A stretch of DNA of 64,000 bases, from positions 24,744,401 through 24,808,400 of the forward strand of contig CM120641.1 of assembly GCA_051362555.1 (NCBI GenBank), given 5' to 3'. The stretch is from Lingula anatina. Taxonomy: Eukaryota; Animalia; Brachiopoda. The notes under the pieces are model-generated. The model was not told where the DNA came from, made no database searches, and worked only from the letters and a program-made list of their open reading frames with translations. The position numbers were made by a program, and so were the translations under genes. This document shows positions 13,401 to 23,168 of this stretch, in pieces (positions within the stretch are counted from its first letter, which is position 1; each line of letters begins with the position of its first letter).

Positions 13401-15721
13401 ATGTGTGTACGCTGATAGTAATCATTACTCATCAGCTGACGGTCTTCATTATGACCTAAAGCTGTGTCTGGAAAAATATAAAGGTTTTTACCTCGACGTC
13501 GACATGTTTTATTACATCTTACTTTTTTACTTTCAGTTTTGGTCTGCAAAGAAAATAGCCAAGTTTGTCATATTATACATGTAAGTATTTCCAATAATAG
13601 TCTTGAATATTTTTCCTAAAATTTTAAAAAGCCCACTATTTCCAATTAAAATCTTGACAATGGTAATTAATACACAAAATTTCAACTGGCATCAAATAAA
13701 AAATCCTATCATGTCCTGGGAAAGAGTAGAATATAGAATATCAGTAATCTGAGAAAAATTTTAAACAAAACAAGGCCCTGTTTATCTGTCAACAATGATA
13801 TTACCAATAGATTGTAAAACATCTGTAGGAATGTTGTTCCCAGCCAAGCTGAGTTTGTAAATAGTTTTGTTTCTCCTCAGTGCTTCCAGGAGAGCTCGCC
13901 CTCCAATAATACCAACATTGTTCCACATCAAATCTGAAAAAAAAATTAATAAATTTCACCTAACATAAAAGTACTTTAGTTTTCAACCTTTATAGATGAT
14001 CTGTAAAAAACCTGAATGTGGTCTTATTAAAAGAGCCAATATATATCTTGCAAGTTGCTATACAAAAGAGAGAAAAAAATACACAGTTCAATTTTTACCT
14101 AATATGCCAGGTCTTTGATATCTTTCAATTTCATTAGAGTAACCTTCAAATGACATTAAGCATGGCTGAGAGAAGTACTGAATATATTATTCATCTAATC
14201 AAAAAATAATAATAATAATGCACATTTCAGAACAAGACAAAAATCATGTCTGCTCACCTATTGCCTGTAGTGTGGTGTTCCTCTTCAAGGCAGAAGCCAG
14301 CTCCTGCGCCCCATCATGGCTGATCTGGTTGTTCCTGAGGTCAAGCTCCTTGAGGGTGGTGTTGGCAGCCAGGGCCTCACAGAATGTACCAAAGGAATTG
14401 TCTATCATGCCCATAGCATTCCATTCCAGACACAGACTAGAGGTAGAATTACAAAAATATAACCATCTCATTCTGATTTACAAAATTTAATTCATCTAAA
14501 TGATACTTTATTCACTCACTATTTGCAAAAAATTATTAAAATAAACAGAGCACTTGTGGTAAATGTACATGTAGGAAGAATGATGAGGTCATTACCTAGT
14601 TAAACTCTTATTATGGCGTAACATTCTGGCTAGAGCCTCAGTCCCAGTTCCTCTTACATTATTCCCCTACAAAAAATTTTATGTCAAAAAGTGATGAGCA
14701 TTTATATAAAAATATATCTATTAAATAATTTAGTAAATAAAAACTTTAAAATCTTCTTTTTTTTTTTTTGTATAAACAGTAAAATATTTTGAAAGATGAT
14801 AAAATCTAAGGAAAAGAAAATTATATATTTTGTGAGGAAACCTAACACAAAGAAAACCTAACATACTGTTGTGTATGTAAGTGCTAAATCTTATTGATTT
14901 AAAATGAAAAAAAATTTAATACATTTTACTTACTTTTAAATCCAGTCTTTTACACACCACATTTTCAGCCAGCCCATAAGCAAGACTTTTAACAGCTGCA
15001 AGTAACATGAAAAATGTGTGCACTAATGGTAAAATAAATAATCTGTCATATATTATGTAATTTTGCAAAACACTTTGATTAAAACCATTCAAAAGTATAT
15101 GTAGAGATTGCGAAACTGCTTTGAATCCTTTAGAACCTTACCATCTTCATTAAGCATACAGTCTGCCAGTTTTATTTCAGTGAAAGTATGATCTGTTGCC
15201 AGCACTTTGCCAAGTACAGTACAGGTCTTTGGTGACAGACTCACACTGGATAGTTTAAGACTTTGTTTGCCTTTTCTGGGACTTGTGGGAATACTGAAAG
15301 AAATATTTTAAATATACACATCTGTGTGTGTTAAGGGGGGGGGGGGGGGGTATTTGCATCTTAACAGACTACATTTAAAGTTATATATAAGTAATGGTCA
15401 AAGCCTTAAACACATATATGGTCACCTATCCAGAAGGTGGAAATATTTGTTAATGGTTAACTACAGTGTACGTGACTAAAAGGGAATAGGTGGAAATATT
15501 TATTAATGGTTAAATACAGTGTACGTGACTTTAATCACATCAATATAATAATGCAACATCATTTTGTGAAGATATTGAAATACCTGCAAAAATAATATTT
15601 ATAATATTGGGACACAAAAAACATCAAATTCTTACATTTTCAGTTGCTTCATCAAGGCATCATGCGGTTCCACATTGTACTCCCTACACAAGCGTAAGTA
15701 TGCTGACTTGAATTCATCCAT
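7422..15721 (-). CDS. LRRC45: Leucine-rich repeat-containing protein 45, intact copy A (16 coding exons, 670 aa)
   Basis: Exons assembled by hand with GT-AG boundaries and consistent phases: 15636-15721, 15142-15293, 14934-14995, 14596-14666, 14258-14436, 13805-13933, 13355-13467, 12992-13128, 12518-12653, 12108-12185, 11701-11812, 11498-11568, 11050-11235, 8222-8395, 7773-7920, 7422-7600 (2013 nt). Protein starts [19 protein letters not shown], has RI-like LRRs ([39 protein letters not shown]), then a long coiled coil ending [14 protein letters not shown]. Matches the LRRC45 sequence and architecture as I recall it. Confidence 0.93.
8548..10931 (+). mobile_element. HINE/DINE-1-like non-autonomous Helentron-type element, three head-to-tail units, in LRRC45 intron 13
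   Basis: 5' T-run plus hairpin atgtacagacac-agat-gtgtctgtacat, (gccgat/ggcgat)n microsatellite, core repeat caggtcaagttcgaaaatcagcatgatcgggcc. Units restart at ~9472 and ~10323. 3' subTIR gtctgtacat, short stem-loop gacagctttgctgcc and ttgttt end. Confidence 0.8.
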
Positions 15722-16325
15722 CACAACACCATCTGCAGCTTTCTAGTAACTGTGAATCAGATATAAAACATTTTATCACCAAAGATACAGGGAAAAAATA
15801 ATTGAAGTACACAGTACATTTGAAAAAAAAAAATTTATTTTTCATCTCAAAAAAGTATATTTACCACAACTTTGGTATAAAAGAAAAATGCATTTTAACA
15901 CATTCACTAACATTCTTTGTGTTCATTCTGCCAAAGCAATCTATAATAATAAATAAATCAGAATATCTGTGTGAAGTGGATATAAGCTTGTGTGACATTC
16001 TTCTGTTCAGTATGTAACTGTTACATTAAACATATGGCATACTGGGTATTTACAGTGTACAATATAATCGATTTCCAAAATACAAAAGTTTCCTAACCAT
16101 CCCCCATAATCTGAATTAAAAACCAACATAAAATGTCCAATCCACCTTGACAAGAGTGAACAGCTTCTCTCTGAAAAGAGGAATCTGAGAAGAAAGATGG
16201 GTACTTCACAATAGCTCTGAATACACTATCGCATTTCAAGATGATCCGCAAATTTGAACGCCGTGGTTTAAAAAGTAACGAATATTTTTTCGTGTTTATT
16301 CAAATGGAAGCTGTTACGCCAATAC

Positions 16326-16496
16326 CATACCATTTGTTTCTTAAATAAACTTACATGTATCTTTTCGACGGCAGAAAAATTTCAAACCACCGCCATGTTG
16401 ATATAAACAAGTCTCATTTCGATACTCTGCATACAAAAGAGCAGCCTCACTAACGCAATGTTGAGTGGGAAAGAGCGAACATTTAAAATGGTAAGT
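16326..16496. promoter_or_regulatory. Putative bidirectional promoter with non-coding first exons
   Basis: Local CpG retention. YY1-like CAACATGGCGG on the minus strand (16390-16400). Minus-strand donors at 16354 (GTAAG) and 16330 (GTATG). Plus-strand consensus donor ATG|GTAAGT at 16491. Confidence 0.5.
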
Positions 16497-17473
16497 TTGT
16501 AAATTGGTGCTATGTAAAAACCATGATGATATCGGCCATTTAGAAGAGTTACACTCAATGCAATTTCTAATACATCCCCGATGTTTTTTTCAGTTTTGAA
16601 AAGGTGACCTCAAGCTTGGAACTCAAGCAGGTAACATTGAGTCACATTGCGATTGCGGCTGGCAACGTGGTAGTAATAATAGTAGTAGAATTTTATTGTT
16701 AATGTATGTATACAAAACGGTACAGCGAGCAGAACACACACACAGATATATATAACACCAAATTGGCACAAAAACGAACGTACATGTGCATGTATGTTGT
16801 AAACAAATGTGGCACATAGAAAAATTGAAAATATTTTCCTGTTGCATAGCTCTGTAAAAATGTTATTAACTTCTGGTCTTGTACATGTATGTTTACTTAT
16901 ATATATATATATACCTGCAGCATGAACCTTGCAAGTAAGGTTGAAAACTAAGGCAATGTTTAAGAATGTTGTCCCATGCACTGCCTGGGTCAGAATATCG
17001 ACTATAGCTCTTTTTCCCTTACATACCAGTGCCTATACCAGTAGGTGTTATGTGACCGTGGTGATACACACTTTATTTGGTTTTAGGGGTGTTTTTGGGT
17101 GAAATGCAAATATTAATGTCAAAGAATACATTGCCACCCTCTTGCAATATATGCATCCTTGAGCACCTCGCTGATGCTTGATTGCAGCTTGAGATGTCCT
17201 AACTGGCACATACCCCTTGGTTGACAGCTAGTATATTATCTCACTTCCAATTAACCTGTACATACAGTATGGAATTTATGTCTGAACATCACTGGTATAT
17301 GTCACACACTGCTGTAGATTTTAGGGATTGTGCTGCCAGTTGGTTAAATTATTTTCAAATAAAATGATTATTAATTAAAGTGATTATTCATTTAGTCTGT
17401 GCATGCATCAGTCCAGCTACAGTACTAGAGATACTCATATACACATTCATGTAGCACAGTTTGAAACATATAG

Positions 17474-17643
17474 CAGGGGGGGATAGATGCCGTATTCTGG
17501 GTCTACCTGAAAACGGTCAAAATTTTTCAAGTTTACATTGATAGGAATCTAATTTTTTGTGGTGGAAGACAATAAAAAATGGAGGATGGATCAACAAAGA
17601 TAATTTGAAAGACTGTCAGGATATACCTCTGGATCCGCCCCTG
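17474..17643. mobile_element. ~170-bp MITE with CAGGGG...CCCCTG ends and 5-bp TSD (hAT5-like)
   Basis: TIRs cagggggggat / atccgcccctg, TSD tatag at 17469-17473 and 17644-17648. Absent from copy B (~6752). A second copy lies at 25855. Confidence 0.78.
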
Positions 17644-18689
17644 TATAGAGCTAGCACATTATCAAATGCCTTAATTAATTTTGCTCCATTCACTTAAGGA
17701 AACTTTTGCATTTTGGAAATGAATTATTGTAAACCCAAAAAATATAATGGTAAAAGAAAATATGTAAACCAGAAAACTAAAAAAAAAAAAAAAAAAAAAC
17801 AATGTCTCAGATTTAGTGATTTTGCTTCATTCCTACTTTTTCCTGCTAGTATATCCCCCTTAACTGTAGTATGTTGCAACAGGAAGTATGGTTTTCTTGC
17901 ATGAACGGTTGGATTCCCTTATTCACATACATGTAGAAGATGCCATACTTGGAATAATATCATCATTTAGATTTTGTTGACAACTATGGATTTAATTACT
18001 GTTCATTAACAGCTCAGTGTTCATATTATCACACATTCATAATTCTGTATTGGTGCACTGTTGTTTTTGTTGTTGATGATGAGGAATTAAGACTTCTGCA
18101 TCCTTTCAAGAATGTTTTAATAGAAAAATATGAGCTTTTCTTGCCTGGCCTGCAGTATTGAACATGCCATAGCCCATAGGATCCAACATACCAAAATTAA
18201 TTATGATAGTTGTATGGGACATGTCATTGGAATGTGGTCGATGGTTTATGACCCAGCTTTACAAAACTGATAGCTTTGGGTAGTAGCAATGATGATGCTT
18301 GTTTTGACCTCTGCCTATACATTTGATTTGGAATGTCTATTTGATGTTTAAGTACTCATAATTATTTCTTTTCATGCTCTGGGTGCTACATGCACACATG
18401 TGCCATATATCACAGGATGTGGTTGACAATTTTATTTATCTGTTATATTTTGAGACCTGCCCATCCATGATATTCAAGATGAGTTTAAGCATGTAGAACT
18501 TCCCAGCGCACATCTATGCAGTGGTGCATGGTTTATGAATGGGACTTTATCAAAACTGATCATCTTGTACATTCACTGCCCATTCATACTTACTGCATGT
18601 CCAGTAGACTGAGGACGGTCCATATTTCTTTAACCATGCTTTCTCCTTTTTTTCTCCCTGATCAGATGCTGTGAATAGCAGAGTGAAAG

Positions 18690-19082
18690 TAGATAAGATG
18701 GACACTATTTGATTTCCAATCTTTATTAACTGGAAACAATGAAGGCTGAAATGCATACAAACAAACTATTAGTAAACTCAGTAATATAATAAATAGAAAA
18801 ATTTGAAATACTCAATAAAGAACTAGATTATGAAATACTGATATATGTAAATAAATGTAAGTCACCTCAGGTATAAAAAGTCCTGCACACCTCCTATCAG
18901 GGTGAAGTCCAGTGTCTGAATGATTCACTATATAGGCCTACACAGTGTGCATATAGAGAATGACATGTTCTCCAGGTAAGTACTGATGCAACATAGCCTT
19001 TGGCTATATCTAACATCTGACTAAGTACTCTTGGTAAGCAATTACCTTTGAATGAAAACTACAGTATGCTCATTATTCTCTA
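18690..19082 (-). repeat. 393-bp LTR with TAGA...TCTA termini, AATAAA near the 3' end and an internal 120-nt GT-AG intron (18746-18865)
   Basis: Bounded by the PPT and the TSD. Partial identical copies: direct at 20457-20673 and inverted at 20192-20450. Confidence 0.85.
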
Positions 19083-19120
19083 TGCCCCCCCAGTCTTTTA
19101 AACATTAAAGACGGTTAAAG

Positions 19121-19257
19121 TTAGTTTTTATTTAGTCTTACAGATCTGCGTAGTCCTTCATTTGATTCCTTTAGTCCGGGTTTGTTGTGTGGTAAAAGTC
19201 TTGTTAACATCCGTGGTGGTTTTGGAAGTGCTTTAGGAGTTTCATGAGATGGTTGTT
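19121..19257 (-). pseudogene. Gypsy pol C-terminal fragment
   Basis: QPSHETPKALPKPPRMLTRLLPHNKPGLKESNEGLRRSVRLNKN* directly before the PPT. The LRRSxR tail is typical of Gypsy integrase ends. Confidence 0.7.
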
Positions 19258-19337
19258 AATAGTGTGTTTACAATGGTATCTGCCACATCTTCTGTCTCAT
19301 AGGTGCAGTCTGGGAATGGGCACTTTACAACTGGCAT
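19258..19337 (-). pseudogene. Gypsy gag N-terminal fragment
   Basis: MPVVKCPFPDCTYETEDVADTIVNTL follows an 11-nt LTR end (19394-19404) and a short leader. It continues logically into the inverted plus-strand piece LLTIHAQSH. Confidence 0.75.
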
Positions 19338-19409
19338 GCTGGCCTGTAGGATGGACTGTTTACCGGTAGACTATGGTCATACCTGAGCCTTCATAGATAA
19401 GATGTATTG

Positions 19410-20198
19410 CTATTGACAATACATGCACAAAGCCATAATGCCACTTCCTCTCAGTCATCTACAAAGGTCAAAACTGACAAGATTCGTCGCCCCACAATAT
19501 CTACAGCGGGTACTAGTGAAGATTGGACTTACTTTCTGACTAGATGGAAAGAATATACCATAGCAACCAAAATTACTGGCCAAGATCGTGTAATACAATT
19601 ACTGGAATGCTGTGATGAAACTCTTAGGAAAAATATCACCCGCTCAGCTGGTGGAACTCTTACAAACAAAAGTGAAGAAGAGGTACTATCTGCTATCAAG
19701 AGACTGGCAGTACGTGAAGAAAATCCCATGGTTGCCCGAGTCATTCTACATGAGATGCGGCAGGACAGAGAAGAACCAATTCGTCAGTTTGGGGCAAGAA
19801 TCAAAGGTCAAGCTAGCATTTGTAAATTTACACTTAAATGCCCTAACTGTGAAACAGATGTAGATTACACAGATTGCATATTAAGGGACATTTTAAGTCG
19901 TGGCATAGCCGATAATGAAATCCAGCTAGACCTGCTTGGAAATATGAACCAGAACATGGACCTTGAAGATGTGTTCAGATTTATTGAATCTAAAGAATCT
20001 GGGAAACGTTCATCAGCGACATTAAATGCTTCCGAAGGTGCCCATGCCACTAGCTCGTACAGACGCGCTCAAAGGTATGCAAAGTCTGATAAAGCTGAGA
20101 TATGCAGTTACTGTGGGGAAAAAGGCCATGGTATTAAAGCACCATTTCGCACACGTCAGAAAATGTGCCCAGCATACAACCATATCTGCAAACACTGT
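19410..20198 (+). pseudogene. Gypsy gag main body, inverted relative to the element and truncated in the second zinc knuckle
   Basis: ORF 19407-20243: EDWTYFLTRWKEY, MHR-like QDREEPIRQFGARIK, CSYCGEKGH...CPAYNHICKHC. After CKHC the frame reads into inverted LTR sequence. Confidence 0.88.
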
Positions 20199-21039
20199 GT
20201 AGGCCTATATAGTGAATCATTCAGACACTGGACTTCACCCTGATAGGAGGTGTGCAGGACTTTTTATACCTGAGGTGACTTACATTTATTTACATATATC
20301 AGTATTTCATAATCTAGTTCTTTATTGAGTATTTCAAATTTTTCTATTTATTATATTACTGAGTTTACTAATAGTTTGTTTGTATGCATTTCAGCCTTCA
20401 TTGTTTCCAGTTAATAAAGATTGGAAATCAAATAGTGTCCATCTTATCTATGAAGGCTCAGGTATAAAAAGTCCTGCACACCTCCTATCAGGGTGAAGTC
20501 CAGTGTCTGAATGATTCACTATATAGGCCTACACAGTGTGCATATAGAGAATGACATGTTCTCCAGGTAAGTACTGATGCAACATAGCCTTTGGCTATAT
20601 CTAACATCTGACTAAGTACTCTTGGTAAGCAATTACCTTTGAATGAAAACTACAGTATGCTCATTATTCTCTAGAAAGGACTTAGTGATCCATGAGTGGT
20701 TCAATAGTATGTGGGGACAATAAATCAGTCAGAGGTAAAAGAGTTCTACAGCAAAGTTTTGGTGCAGGACAAACACAGAACAGTCTAGAGCACGGTTAGT
20801 ACATTTATTGGATCAAAAGTATTATCAGAGTATTTTTTGTTTTTGTTTTTGTTTTTTTTTTATGTTCAGGTTCGTTAAATGTTATTTGGAAGAATACTTG
20901 TTAAAAACGTAAAAACAAAGAAGACAAATAGGTAAGTATTTCAACAGTGCATTTCCATTCTAGGTTTTCTCCTTATTTTTCATAGAAAATGCTGCAAAAG
21001 AAAATTGGTATCCATTTGGTCTCGGTAACATTTATTCGT

Positions 21040-21365
21040 TGGAGGGATAGGCAATGAGGAAAAGCTTAGGTGGTTGGCAGTGAGGGAGGAAGAATGGAGG
21101 GGGTAGTAAGAGAGCACAAGGGAGAAATGGGGGTAGGCATTGAGAGAGGAAGGGGTAGGCAGAGACAGGAGGGTGGTAGGCAACAAAGGAGAGGGGGTGT
21201 GGGTAGGCAATGAAGGAGTAAGGGTATATATACAGTAGGCAATGAGATAGGAACAAGTAGGTAGGGCTTATAGGCAGTAAGGGAGAAGGAACGGGGATAA
21301 GGTAGAGAGCTACAGTCAGGACAGGGAGTGAGGAAGTAAGGGGGTAGATAGTGATAGAAGAAGGG
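21040..21365 (+). repeat. Purine-rich degenerate minisatellite (core GGTAGGCA)
   Basis: Repeated ggtaggca/gtaggcaatga motifs in a G/A-dominated tract. Confidence 0.6.
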
Positions 21366-23076
21366 ACCAGGATATGCAGTTTACCTTTAGCTGTAAAATA
21401 TTTTGATAGTAAATTGAACAAGCTTCCCTTAAGGCTTAACACCACAACCTGGCAGGTAACATGTGGTCTCCAGGGCTCAGTACTCACCTCTTGGTCAGGT
21501 TTAATGTACAGGTCGGTCCAACTACAAATGAATTATTTCTTCCCCTGCTGTAAATTATTCATTTATGTTGAGAACATACAACTTCAAAGACAGGAACCCC
21601 ATAGGGTGAAATTGAGTGACACATAGCATGTAATTAACTCTAGAAGGTGACATATCCCGGACATGTCAGATATATGTCCAGAGTGTGATCTTTGGTTACA
21701 AAAATAAGAAAAAGACACTTGCAAGCATGCACCTACACACAACTACACAAGCAAACCTGTGTTTGTCCATACAGGAAATATTTGAATATGAAAACCTCAC
21801 CAAAAAAGAAAAAAAAAGAAAGAGAAAAAATGTACCTTTAAGTATTAATAAATGGTGGCAACAATCCTTTATTTTAACAAACAAGCACGCTTTCTCTGAT
21901 TACTACACTTGTAGTAGTTGTACCTACTACACGTGTACGTACATTAAATACAAGGAGCAATTATCTACATTAACAACAGTAATGTTACTAGTGTAAATCA
22001 AAATTAGCAGTTGGGCCTGTCTCAACTTTGTATAATAAGAATAATAGAAGAAAAGTTATACCTAATTGGATAGAAGTATGACTATTAAAACATATTGCAG
22101 ATTGATACAATCTACAATAAAGTCTTTATAGTTTTTTTTAACTGAAAACTGACTATTACTAAAACTGTTAATTAAAAACTGTTAGTAAGTCATTATTCAG
22201 GTGGTACTGTCTTAATTGAAATCTGCTTTTAAGAAATCACTAAAAATGCACATCTGTCAAAGAAGCAATATAATATATGATTTCAAGGTACTTGGGATAC
22301 ATAGTCTTTTTATTCACCCTTAAGCAAGGCTTTTCCCAGAGAACTGTCCAGCCTCCCCCCCCCTGCACGTCTAGCTATTAGTATGGCAAATTGGTTTCTG
22401 TTGATAAATGTGTGAACACAGTTATTCCTAGTCCACCAAAGTCATTTAATAAATTTCAGTTTAGCGGGTGGATAAAGCTATTTCTCAATGTCACAGCACG
22501 TTTGTGCACACACAATCGTAAGTGTCATTTTTGTTTAGGAATCAGAAGTGAAAATTAGGTATTAACCCTGGCAGGTTTTGACAGTTTCTATTGGAGGAAC
22601 TTGTCAACCCATAAGGGACTAGTGATTGTAAACACACACACTGTCATATGTTGTAATGGCTGTGACAGAAAGTATGCCAAAAGGTATGGCTTTTTGTTAA
22701 GTTAGCCTGTCAAGAAAATATTTAAGGGATTGGTATTTTCATTTTACAGTCACTGGAGAACAACTGAAAGATTTTGAAATTTTAGAAGCATATTTGTTTT
22801 TAATAGGAGGAGAGTTGGTGTATCCGTTGTAGTACAGAATACATTGCAATACATTGTTCTTTGTGAATTGGACACATTTCAACTTAAACCATGAATTACC
22901 TGGGAACATAAGTTACGGGACAAAGATTTAAGACTAAAAAGTACTCATTTTAATAGAAACCCAGGCTCATTACGTAGTGAACTCTGTATCTCCCATCTGG
23001 TCCAAATTTGAACAGATGTTCCTCAAAGCTTCAGGTTCAGCAGTAGCTCTGATTACTTCTCTCCTTGCTCCTGCAG

Positions 23077-23168
23077 GCAGCGGCCAGAACTGAGGCAGAC
23101 AGAGAGACCATTCATTGGTGGTGGAGGAGAACTGGGTGCTGGTGATCCCCGCGGAAAACTAGATACTG
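23077..23168 (+). other. Candidate non-coding 5' exon of the downstream plus-strand gene
   Basis: Pyrimidine tract ttctctccttgctcctgcag, GC-richer body, donor CTG|GTAAGA. No transcript evidence. Confidence 0.3.

Larger units (their letters stand above)
1..18350. repeat. Tandem segmental duplication, unit ~11.5 kb (1-~6880 is homologous to ~12241-~18350)
   Basis: Colinear homology through exons, introns and upstream DNA, e.g. position 1 atatgaaaaatgttcatgatg vs 12241. The last shared block is acatttgatttggaatgtctatttgatgttt at ~6848 and ~18319. Confidence 0.9.
18690..20673 (-). mobile_element. Internally deleted and rearranged Gypsy/Ty3 (Mag-like) LTR retrotransposon
   Basis: 5-bp TSD gaaag at 18685-18689 and 20674-20678. 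Complete 3' LTR 18690-19082 preceded by PPT AAAAGACTGGGGGGGCA (19083-19099). First 217 nt of the 5' LTR at 20457-20673, identical to 18866-19082. gag and pol fragments inside. Confidence 0.9.

Noticed and set aside
15436-15530. ~42-bp tandem duplication in an LRRC45 copy A intron
   Set aside because: Ordinary local duplication/deletion relative to copy B, with no sign of function.
1-18350. Duplication as an uncollapsed haplotype
   Set aside because: The copies abut with a defined junction near 6880, differ by ~30 amino acids and carry several independent TE insertions. A real paralog is more likely, although read depth is needed to exclude an artefact fully.
18972-18982. TACTTACCTGG, matching the U1 snRNA 5' end, in the LTR
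   Set aside because: Only 11 nt with no further U1 structure. It is equivalent to a consensus donor on the other strand, not an snRNA gene.
18690-20450. DNA transposon or DIRS-like element with 259-bp terminal inverted repeats
   Set aside because: The TSD flanks 18690 and 20673, not 20450. The PPT, gag and integrase-type tail identify an LTR element, and the inverted arm is a rearranged LTR piece.
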